Shown: one piece after another, positions 9,985 through 17,765 of the stretch | How positions within the stretch are numbered: position 1 is the stretch's first letter | Layout of the letters: each line of letters starts with the position of its first letter | Origin: an uncultured Mycoplasmatota bacterium | GTDB lineage: Bacteria > Bacillota_I > Bacilli_A > RF39 > UBA660 | Direction of reading: 5' to 3' | NCBI GenBank assembly: GCA_947571135.1 | Contig: CANOWY010000001.1 | Coordinates: forward strand, 3,604-67,603 | Length of the DNA: 64,000 nt | The notes under the pieces: model-generated | Database searches by the model: none | Told to the model about the DNA's origin: nothing | Seen by the model: only the letters and a program-made list of their open reading frames with translations | Position numbers and translations under genes: made by a program

Positions 9985-10899
9985 ATGAAAAACAAAATAC
10001 TCATTTGTATAGTCGTTGTTTTAAGTATTATTACAGTAGCAGTGGTTAGTAAAAATAAAGAAACTAATCACTCTTTTTTTGATAAAGACGACACCATCAA
10101 AATAAAAACAAAAGAAGAGCGCATTGAAGAATTAAAAATAGAAGATTATCTTATAGGAGTTTTAGCCGCCGAAATGCCTGCTTCTTTTGAAATAGAAGCC
10201 TTAAAAGCCCAAGCAGTTGCTTCACGCAGTTATGCTATGTATAAAATTTTACATAATGAAAGCGAAGACTATGACATTTTAACAAATGTAACAAACCAAT
10301 CCTATATTAACAAAGAAGAAATGCAAGAAAAATGGAAAAACAATTATACCACATATTTAAATAAAATCACAAATGCTGTCCGTGATACCGAAAAAGAAGT
10401 TATGTATTATAATAATGAAATAATTGAATCTTTTTACTTTGCTATGAGTAATGGAGCAACAGAAGATGCCAAAGCAGTATTTCAAACTGACTTACCTTAT
10501 ATAAAAGCAACCACATCTTCTTGGGACAATGAAACCCTAAATAATTTTGCCGTTACCACAAATATAGACAAAGACCAATTTTGTAAATCCTTAAAATTAG
10601 AAGAATGTAATGCCATAACCATAGATAATATAAATTACAGTGCAAGTCATCGCATAAACAGTTTAGAAATCAACAATAAAAAATTTAAAGGAACAGAAGT
10701 AAGAAGTTTATTAAATCTTCGTTCTACGGATTTTGATATTGACATTGGCGAAAGTGAAATCATCATTACCACAAAAGGATATGGACACGGCGTAGGCATG
10801 AGTCAGTATGGAGCAAATGGTATGGCAAAAGAAGGATACAACTATAAAGAAATCTTAAGCCACTATTACAACAACATCACAATCAATAAAATGGTATAA
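9985..10899 (+). CDS. spoIID: Stage II sporulation protein D
   Basis: YLIGVLAAEMPASF..EALKAQAVASRSYA, LNLRST, GYGHGVGMSQYGANGMA. Confidence 0.95.
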   Translation: MKNKILICIVVVLSIITVAVVSKNKETNHSFFDKDDTIKIKTKEERIEELKIEDYLIGVLAAEMPASFEIEALKAQAVASRSYAMYKILHNESEDYDILTNVTNQSYINKEEMQEKWKNNYTTYLNKITNAVRDTEKEVMYYNNEIIESFYFAMSNGATEDAKAVFQTDLPYIKATTSSWDNETLNNFAVTTNIDKDQFCKSLKLEECNAITIDNINYSASHRINSLEINNKKFKGTEVRSLLNLRSTDFDIDIGESEIIITTKGYGHGVGMSQYGANGMAKEGYNYKEILSHYYNNITINKMV

Positions 10900-10923
10900 A
10901 ACTTTTTCTTTTGGGTGAAACTA
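10894..10923 (+). promoter_or_regulatory. sigma-F-type promoter of spoIIQ
   Basis: GTATA(10894-10898)-15 bp-GGTGAAACTA fits the B. subtilis sigma-F consensus GYATA-N15-GGnnAnAHT. Confidence 0.65.
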
Positions 10924-10943
10924 TCTAACAGGAAGGTGATTAG

Positions 10944-11573
10944 ATGACTAAAAGAAAATTGAAAGGAAGCGTAAAACGAGTATTATGTGTTGCAAGTATA
11001 AGTGTAATTTTTATCTCCTTATTTTTTGTAACAAAGAACTTAAAACCAACCAATGAAAGTGATGAAGAATATGTAATGAACTCTATTTTAGATCCCATTA
11101 CTCCTGTTACAAACATAACTGAGACACCAAAGATTACTAGACCTTATACCAGTGACAAAGTACGAATCAGTAATTACTTCTATGAAAAAGATGCAAGTAC
11201 TGAAGAGCAAGAAAAATCATTAATCTATTATGAAAACACATACTTACAAAATAGCGGTGTTGTATATAGTAGTGATGAAGAATTTGACGTCGTTGCCGTT
11301 TATGATGGAACTGTTATAGACATTAAACAAGATGATATTTTAAACAATATTGTTTATGTATCTCATAATAGTAGTCTTACCACTATATATTATGGACTTA
11401 AAGACATAAATGTAAAAATTAATGATTCTATAAATCAAAATACAGTTTTAGGCAAAAGTGACAAAAACAAATTTTCAAACAATGCAAATTCAATGTTATT
11501 CGAAGTCAATTATGATGGCAAAGTATTAAACCCTGAAAGTTTTTATGTCATGGATATAAATGAATTAAATTAA
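10944..11573 (+). CDS. spoIIQ: SpoIIQ-like protein with degenerate M23 domain
   Basis: N-terminal TM, M23 fold lacking Zn ligands, lies between spoIID and spoIIID, sigma-F-like promoter. Confidence 0.8.
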   Translation: MTKRKLKGSVKRVLCVASISVIFISLFFVTKNLKPTNESDEEYVMNSILDPITPVTNITETPKITRPYTSDKVRISNYFYEKDASTEEQEKSLIYYENTYLQNSGVVYSSDEEFDVVAVYDGTVIDIKQDDILNNIVYVSHNSSLTTIYYGLKDINVKINDSINQNTVLGKSDKNKFSNNANSMLFEVNYDGKVLNPESFYVMDINELN

Positions 11574-11625
11574 GTACTAGACAACCCCAGAGATAAATAT
11601 AGTTTATCAAGGGGTTGTTTAAATA

Positions 11626-11883
11626 ATGAATAAAGATTTACTTACAAGAGTAAGAAAAGAAGCACTATATATAGTTCAAAGTAAAAAAACACTAAGAGAA
11701 GTGGCAAAAGTATTCGGAATAAGCAAAAGTACCATACATAAGGATATGAAAGAAAGATTAAAAAAAATTTCTCCTGAATTATTTAGACAAGTAAGGAATG
11801 TTTTAGAAGAACATTTAGAAATTCGTCATATTAAAGGGGGAGAAACAACAAAACAAAAATATTTAAAAAAACAAGTGAGTTGA
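11626..11883 (+). CDS. spoIIID: Sporulation transcription regulator SpoIIID
   Basis: TLREVAKVFGISKSTIHKDM.ERL, RHIKGGETTKQKY. Confidence 0.95.
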   Translation: MNKDLLTRVRKEALYIVQSKKTLREVAKVFGISKSTIHKDMKERLKKISPELFRQVRNVLEEHLEIRHIKGGETTKQKYLKKQVS

Positions 11884-11887
11884 TAAA

Positions 11888-12487
11888 ATGAAGAAAATGC
11901 ATTATGTTATATACCTATGTGACGATGAACTCTTTTTTTTGGATATAAAAAAAGATAACATAAAAAAGGCCAAATTTAAAAGCATCAAAAAAGATGAACT
12001 AATAAATAGTTCATTATTTATAGATGAATTTAGTAAATTTCTAAAACAAAACCATATTAAAGTATCTTTATTTGGAGATAATATTTGTTTTATAAAAAAT
12101 AAGAATATAAATTTGGTTACTCTAGAAAAATATGAAGAATTATTAAAAGAATATTTCTATAAAATAGAGTATAAAGATTTAGAAGAAATCCTAAAAATTG
12201 ATACGAATACTGCTTATTTAAATATTACAAATCATTATCTAGATTATTATTTTATGAAAAAAAATGAAAAAAGAACATTAAGAATTGACTTAAGTCTTTT
12301 TAATGAACAATTAAATAAAGCATTGCAACATATTTTTTCAACAATATTTAAACCAAAACGATTAATGGTATATGGAAATCTTGAAAACATTTCTAAGATT
12401 GCAGAAAACATAACGAATAATTATAATATAGCCACTACTTTCCCCGAAGTCCATTATCATTATATATTTGAAGAATACAAAAAATAG
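11888..12487 (+). CDS. Hypothetical protein, possibly a highly degenerate Mbl/MreB actin-fold protein
   Basis: 199-aa ORF at the position mbl occupies after spoIIID; motif-spacing similarity only. Confidence 0.45.
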   Translation: MKKMHYVIYLCDDELFFLDIKKDNIKKAKFKSIKKDELINSSLFIDEFSKFLKQNHIKVSLFGDNICFIKNKNINLVTLEKYEELLKEYFYKIEYKDLEEILKIDTNTAYLNITNHYLDYYFMKKNEKRTLRIDLSLFNEQLNKALQHIFSTIFKPKRLMVYGNLENISKIAENITNNYNIATTFPEVHYHYIFEEYKK

Positions 12488-12556
12488 CAATTTTGTATTT
12501 TTTTAATGCAATTTATGTTATAATTGCAAATAGTAAACGTAAGGAAGTGTAGAAGT

Positions 12557-13282
12557 GTGATTAAAATTGTAGTGGTAGAAGATGACAAAAAAGCACAGTT
12601 AGAAATAAAAAATATTTTAAGACAATTAGATATATTTAAAGAGGAAGAAATTAAAATAGAATATTTTACAAAATGTACAAACGCATTAAAAGAAATCATA
12701 GAAGACACAGCGGATCGTAAAATCTATATACTAGATATTGAACTAGAAACGAAAATTAGTGGAATAGACATTGCAAAATTTGTTCGTGAAATCGACTGGG
12801 AAAGTGAAATTATTTTTATTACAAATCATGATAAAATGTTTGAGACAACTTATCGTAACGTGTATAACGTTATGGACTTTATTGAAAAATTTCATGACAT
12901 GGATCACAAATTAAAAAAAGATATGAAACTTATTTTTAAGAAGAATTTTGACAATAAAATGTTTAAATTTAGTAGTAGAAACTTAAACCTTCAAATCTTT
13001 TACCGTTCTATTACACATTTATATAGAGATAAAGAATCTAGAAAGATTATTGTAAATACTGACAAAACAAACTATGCAGTTTATCTAAATGTAATCGACG
13101 CAGTAAATTATTTAGACAGTCGATTTAAAATGGTACATAGAGCATGTATTGTTAACTTAGACAGAGTACAAGTTTTTAATTGGACAAAAGGTTATTTTTT
13201 ATTAGATACAGGAGAAAAAGTACATATGTTATCTAAAAAGTATAAAAAGGAAGTGGAAGAATATTATGAAAGAAATAATTGA
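12557..13282 (+). CDS. agrA: LytTR-family response regulator, AgrA-like
   Basis: VVEDD, ILDIEL (phospho-Asp), IIFIT, C-terminal LytTR (VHRACIVNL); probable GTG start at 12557. Confidence 0.88.
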   Translation: MIKIVVVEDDKKAQLEIKNILRQLDIFKEEEIKIEYFTKCTNALKEIIEDTADRKIYILDIELETKISGIDIAKFVREIDWESEIIFITNHDKMFETTYRNVYNVMDFIEKFHDMDHKLKKDMKLIFKKNFDNKMFKFSSRNLNLQIFYRSITHLYRDKESRKIIVNTDKTNYAVYLNVIDAVNYLDSRFKMVHRACIVNLDRVQVFNWTKGYFLLDTGEKVHMLSKKYKKEVEEYYERNN

Positions 13283-14537
13283 TGTATTGATTCCAGTACT
13301 TGTATCATTTTCATGTATATTTTTTTGTGATTTATGTTATGCAAAATTAAACAATACAAAATTAATTATAAATAAAAAAAATATTCTGATTATAGTGCTA
13401 ACATCAATTTTAGTATTATGTAATAATTTGTATACTAACGACGAAATTAAAACAGTTTTTTCTTTTGCTGTAATCTGCTATAACTTTAAATTGATTTATA
13501 AAAAAGATATTAAAAATATTATTATCAGTTATATAATAATTTTTCTAATATTGATTTTATTAGAAATATTATTAACTACTGGTCTATCTGAATTAAAAAT
13601 TTTAAATAGCAATAATGGCGCAATGTTAATAACTTATTTAAAATTATGTTTATCTATTTGTATAGGATTAATTGAATATATAATTTTTTCCGTAAAACCT
13701 ATGAAAAGGTTATTGCAAAAATCGTTAAAATATTTGATAACAAATTCTAGTGTTACTAACATTTCTTATTTAATGTATTTAACAACAGCAATATTAGGAA
13801 TGTTAAGTGTTAAAAATTTTTCAAGTAGTAATGAAATACACTTTTTAATTTGTTTAGTTATCATATTTATAATTTTATTTGCCTTTGTATTTAAATCTAA
13901 AACTACTGAGATAGCATTAAAAGATTCTAATAAACGATTAATTGATTATAACGATAAATATGGGAAATTTTTAGATGAATATAAAATTTATAAACATAAT
14001 ATTAAAAACAAATTATATGCTATAAAATCCTATGGAAATAAAAAAGTAAATGCTTTAATAGATGATTTACTAGAAGAAGAAACAAACTTTAGCATTAAAA
14101 ACAACAATTTGTATAATGTTCCAAAAGGAATTAAAGGTATAGTAGCAGAGAAGTTATACAATTCGAATTTAAATGTAATTGTGGACAATAAAATAAAAAA
14201 TGACCCTTTCAGTAAACTGCCTCCTAAAGTATTTAATAGTATTTCGGAATGTATAGGTATTGCGCTAGATAATGCGATTGAAGCAAGTGAAGTAACAGAT
14301 AATCCAATCATATTAATGGATTTATTTGAAGATGAAGAGAATATATTTATTAAAATAGGAAATAATTTTTGCAATAGTATAGATATAGATGAATTAGGTT
14401 CTATCTATTATTCAACTAAAAATCGGGGTAGTGGACTAGGTTTATTTTCTATCATGCGTAATCATTTAGTAAAGGAAAAAATAGATATTATTAATGATTT
14501 TTACTATATAAAATTACAAATAAAAAAAGCACGCTAA
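13266..14537 (+). CDS. agrC: AgrC-like membrane sensor histidine kinase
   Basis: Polytopic N-terminus, H-box YKHNIKNKL, ALDNAIEA, STKNRGSGLGL. Confidence 0.88.
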   Translation: MKEIIDVLIPVLVSFSCIFFCDLCYAKLNNTKLIINKKNILIIVLTSILVLCNNLYTNDEIKTVFSFAVICYNFKLIYKKDIKNIIISYIIIFLILILLEILLTTGLSELKILNSNNGAMLITYLKLCLSICIGLIEYIIFSVKPMKRLLQKSLKYLITNSSVTNISYLMYLTTAILGMLSVKNFSSSNEIHFLICLVIIFIILFAFVFKSKTTEIALKDSNKRLIDYNDKYGKFLDEYKIYKHNIKNKLYAIKSYGNKKVNALIDDLLEEETNFSIKNNNLYNVPKGIKGIVAEKLYNSNLNVIVDNKIKNDPFSKLPPKVFNSISECIGIALDNAIEASEVTDNPIILMDLFEDEENIFIKIGNNFCNSIDIDELGSIYYSTKNRGSGLGLFSIMRNHLVKEKIDIINDFYYIKLQIKKAR

Positions 14538-14555
14538 TTATACGGCGTGTTTTTA
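14523..14555. terminator. Bidirectional terminator between agrC and agrD
   Basis: AAAAAGCACGC-loop-GCGTGTTTTT between convergent genes. Confidence 0.75.
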
Positions 14556-14557
14556 TA

Positions 14558-14677
14558 TTAAAGCATTTCTTCAGGACAATCAGTTTCATCCCAGTATCCT
14601 AAAAGAGTAAATGTTGAAACACCATTGTTCATTACTTTTGCTAAAGCAGAAAGTACATTTGCAAAGATTGTAGACAT
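14558..14677 (-). CDS. agrD: AgrD-like autoinducing peptide precursor, 39 aa: MSTIFANVLSALAKVMNNGVSTFTLLGYWDETDCPEEML
   Basis: Not in the ORF track. Strong RBS GGAAAGGAGGG, directly downstream of agrB, amphipathic leader plus acidic DExxxP tail. Confidence 0.85.
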   Translation of the reverse strand: MSTIFANVLSALAKVMNNGVSTFTLLGYWDETDCPEEML

Positions 14678-14732
14678 CGTATATTCCCTCCTTTCCATTT
14701 GTTTAAATCTATATAAATAATTTAAACCAAAC

Positions 14733-15341
14733 TTATTTCTTATAGTTTTTATAATTTCTATAAGGAATCTTAAATAGTTTATAAGTCAAAGGACAAATAC
14801 ATATTGTTTCTAATAAAAGTAAGAAACTAACAATTTCATAATAATTAGCATTGTTAAAATAAAAGGAAGTAAGTATAAAAATAATAGATAATGTAACTGC
14901 AAATATTTTATTCATTCTTCTTTTTTTCTTATCAAGCAAAGGTCTAGAGGGAGTATCAGCAGGAGCCCATAATAATAGCGCTAATAATCCAATACCAAAA
15001 CTCAAATAAATAAATTCAATTGGAAAAATAAAATACTTTATTAACAAAGGACCAAATATATAAATAGTAAGTGTAATCATCCAGCAGTATATATTTTTAG
15101 AAGCATGAATACCAAAGGCAAACCCTCTAAGAAAAGAATATAGAAGAATTGTTAGTAGTGTAATAGCAAAAGTCTTAAAAATAATAGATAAAAGCAATAC
15201 AACTCCAGTTTTGGTAATGAAAGAATAAAGTGATTCTAAAGTATATCGAAAAATGTTAATTTGTTTATCATCACAGGCGTTATTCTTAATCAAGTAATTT
15301 AAAGAATGATTTACAAAAGAACTTTTCATAACTTTCATCAC
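14733..15341 (-). CDS. agrB: Accessory gene regulator B, peptide-processing endopeptidase
   Basis: LRGFAFGIHASKNIYC (catalytic His/Cys), WAPADTPSRPL. Confidence 0.92.
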   Translation of the reverse strand: MMKVMKSSFVNHSLNYLIKNNACDDKQINIFRYTLESLYSFITKTGVVLLLSIIFKTFAITLLTILLYSFLRGFAFGIHASKNIYCWMITLTIYIFGPLLIKYFIFPIEFIYLSFGIGLLALLLWAPADTPSRPLLDKKKRRMNKIFAVTLSIIFILTSFYFNNANYYEIVSFLLLLETICICPLTYKLFKIPYRNYKNYKK

Positions 15342-15502
15342 CCACCTTTGTCAGGATATCATTTTTATATTACTTATTTTCAGAAAAAAAGGCTAACAAA
15401 AAAGTTTTAGGTCTAAAAAGAAACTTTCTAAATATACAAAAAATATCTAGAAAAAAGGGACGTGATTTTTAATGGTTAAGACAAAAATTTTCCTATGCGA
15501 AC

Positions 15503-15511
15503 TTTGTCGAA
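15503..15511. promoter_or_regulatory. Putative Spo0A box
   Basis: TTTGTCGAA contains the TGTCGAA 0A-box consensus; lies in the agrB/csp divergent intergenic region. Confidence 0.45.
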
Positions 15512-15590
15512 CGTATTTTATTGTTTATCACCCCCCAAAGGTGGTATTGTTAAGTTGTGGGTAGTAAATATAGAAGAAAGAGGTGTTGAA

Positions 15591-15803
15591 ATGCGTGGTA
15601 AAGTGAAGTGGTTCAACAATGAAAAAGGCTATGGCTTTATTGAATGCAATGACTTAGAAGATATATTCGTTCATTACTCTGCTATAACCAAAGAAGGCTA
15701 CAAAACTTTAAAAGAAGGAGATATCGTTGACTTTAAATTAATTGAAACTTCTAAAGGCCTACAAGCCGTTGATGTAACTTCTACACAATTAACTACTGTT
15801 TAG
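15591..15803 (+). CDS. cspA: Cold-shock protein
   Basis: GKVKWFNNEKGYGFI, DIFVHYSAI; true ATG at 15591 after AAGAGGTG. Confidence 0.95.
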   Translation: MRGKVKWFNNEKGYGFIECNDLEDIFVHYSAITKEGYKTLKEGDIVDFKLIETSKGLQAVDVTSTQLTTV

Positions 15804-15852
15804 TAGTTTTTTTATTTTTTCTATGTTATAATCGGATTAAGGAAGGTGAATT

Positions 15853-16386
15853 ATGGAAATCATTATAAGAGGGGACAAGATAACCGTTACAGAAGCCATA
15901 AAAGAATATGTAACGAATAAATTTGAAAAACTTGATAAATACTTTGAAAATCCGAGTGATATTAAGGCTTATGTCAATGTAAAAGTAAGTAATTTATCAC
16001 AAATTATTGAAGTAACCATTCCAACTAGTAAATTTACATTACGTGCAGAAGAAGGACATGAAGATTTGTATGCTGCAACAGATCTAATGGTCGACAAGTT
16101 AGAAAGACAAATTAGAAAAAACAAGACAAGATTAAAAAACAAATTTAAAAACAATGACTTAATGGATTTAAACTTAGAATTTGACGTAACAGATGAAGAA
16201 GTAAACGAAAGAGAAATTGTAAAAAGAAAATCTATTGAAATGAAACCAATGGACGAAGAGGAAGCCATTTTACAAGCAGAGTTATTAGACCATGACTTCT
16301 TTGTATTTAAAAATATCGATGAAGAATGCGTGTCAGTTCTTTATAAAAGAAAAGATGGACGTTACGGAATTATAAACGTGAAATAG
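15853..16386 (+). CDS. hpf: Ribosome hibernation promoting factor, long HPF
   Basis: LRAEE.HEDLYAATD..VDKLERQIRKNK; C-terminal KPMDEEEAILQ..LLDHDFFVF. Confidence 0.95.
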   Translation: MEIIIRGDKITVTEAIKEYVTNKFEKLDKYFENPSDIKAYVNVKVSNLSQIIEVTIPTSKFTLRAEEGHEDLYAATDLMVDKLERQIRKNKTRLKNKFKNNDLMDLNLEFDVTDEEVNEREIVKRKSIEMKPMDEEEAILQAELLDHDFFVFKNIDEECVSVLYKRKDGRYGIINVK

Positions 16387-16498
16387 TTAAAAAAGTGCTT
16401 AAGACTAAATTTAAGCCTTTTTTATTTGCAAATCTTCTTGTATTTTAAGGAAAATGTAAGTAAACTATGATGGTGAAGTTTTAAAGGAGGTGTGTTAC

Positions 16499-17725
16499 AT
16501 GAAAAAATATTATTTAGGAGAACTGCCTGGAAGGAATGGACAAAGAGATAAAATTTATTATAGTTGTAATCTAAATGAATTTTTTGCAATAAAAAAAGAT
16601 GGAGAAGAAAGAAAGTTAAGCAAGAAACAAACAAGATTTTTATATAAAAAATACCATATTAAATGTGACTTACTTAATATAATTCATTCCACAAAAACAA
16701 AAGTCGTCCTATTATACTTAATTGGTATTTTAATATTGTATCGCTTATTATCAAATTTAGAATCTTATAGTGAGAAATATGGCAATCTATTAATTGAAGA
16801 TATACCAAAATTAGAAAAAGAATATTCTTTTGATGAAAAAATTCTAAAAGAAGAAAGAAATCTTCAGTTTTTAATCAATATGTGTAAAAAATATATAGAT
16901 AGAAATAATAATTACACGGAAGAACAAAAAGAATATCTAAAACTTATATGGAGCAAATACTTAACAGATGAAGGAGAACTCTTTGAACGAGAAGCCATAT
17001 TAGAAATGCTAAATAAGATAACGAGTGTTCAAATAGAATACAAGCCTTATGAAAATAATTCCGTAACAGGTAGATATATAGAGGAAGATAACACCATTAT
17101 TTTATATGAGTCTTATGCTACAAACGCTACTTTAGTACACGAAACCATACATTGTACAATAGGGGATGAATTGCAAAAGAAATATCTTGATTTAGAAGAA
17201 GGATATTGTGGAGCCTTATGTGGAAAATATTGCGATGAATTTACTTATAGAGAAGAAAATGAATATCTTTTGTTAATAAGTGAAATAATAGGAAAAGAAA
17301 AATTAAAGTCATGTATTATCAACGGAAAAGAAGACGAGTTAATAAAAGAAATAGCCGATAAGACTTTTACTGAAAAAAACGAGATAAGAAATTTAATAGT
17401 AAAAACCTACAAATATAAAGCGATTCCGTTAGGAAAAGAAAATTTCTTAAAAAGAACCACCTTATTTAAAGAAATTAAAAAAGATTTAGCGAGTCTTGCC
17501 ATAAAAGCAGATGAAAGCAATGCCAAAAATTTTATAGTCTTAAATGCCTATTATGACAAATATACTTTAGAAACCTCTTTTTTAGAAGAACGATACCATT
17601 ACACGATAAAAGAAGAAATAGAAGGCATTCCAGAATACATCACGATTTATGAAGAAAACAAATACGATTTTGACGATTTATTCGAAGAAGACTATAGATT
17701 GCAAAAAAGAAAAACAAATGAGTAG
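16499..17725 (+). CDS. Membrane-anchored orphan protein with zincin motif
   Basis: AAGGAGG RBS; one TM; GRY...NTIILY...LVHETIH...LEEG. Confidence 0.6.
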   Translation: MKKYYLGELPGRNGQRDKIYYSCNLNEFFAIKKDGEERKLSKKQTRFLYKKYHIKCDLLNIIHSTKTKVVLLYLIGILILYRLLSNLESYSEKYGNLLIEDIPKLEKEYSFDEKILKEERNLQFLINMCKKYIDRNNNYTEEQKEYLKLIWSKYLTDEGELFEREAILEMLNKITSVQIEYKPYENNSVTGRYIEEDNTIILYESYATNATLVHETIHCTIGDELQKKYLDLEEGYCGALCGKYCDEFTYREENEYLLLISEIIGKEKLKSCIINGKEDELIKEIADKTFTEKNEIRNLIVKTYKYKAIPLGKENFLKRTTLFKEIKKDLASLAIKADESNAKNFIVLNAYYDKYTLETSFLEERYHYTIKEEIEGIPEYITIYEENKYDFDDLFEEDYRLQKRKTNE

Positions 17726-17765
17726 GAATATGTTATAATATACTGTAAAGAAGGAGAGATACAAG

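Noticed and set aside
15342-15500. AgrA/LytTR direct-repeat binding sites upstream of agrB
   Set aside because: Only isolated partial matches (for example TGGTTAAG), with no pair at the expected 21-22-bp period.
15495-15590. 32-aa N-terminal extension on the cold-shock protein
   Set aside because: The RBS and family alignment put the start at 15591; the extension is promoter/UTR sequence.
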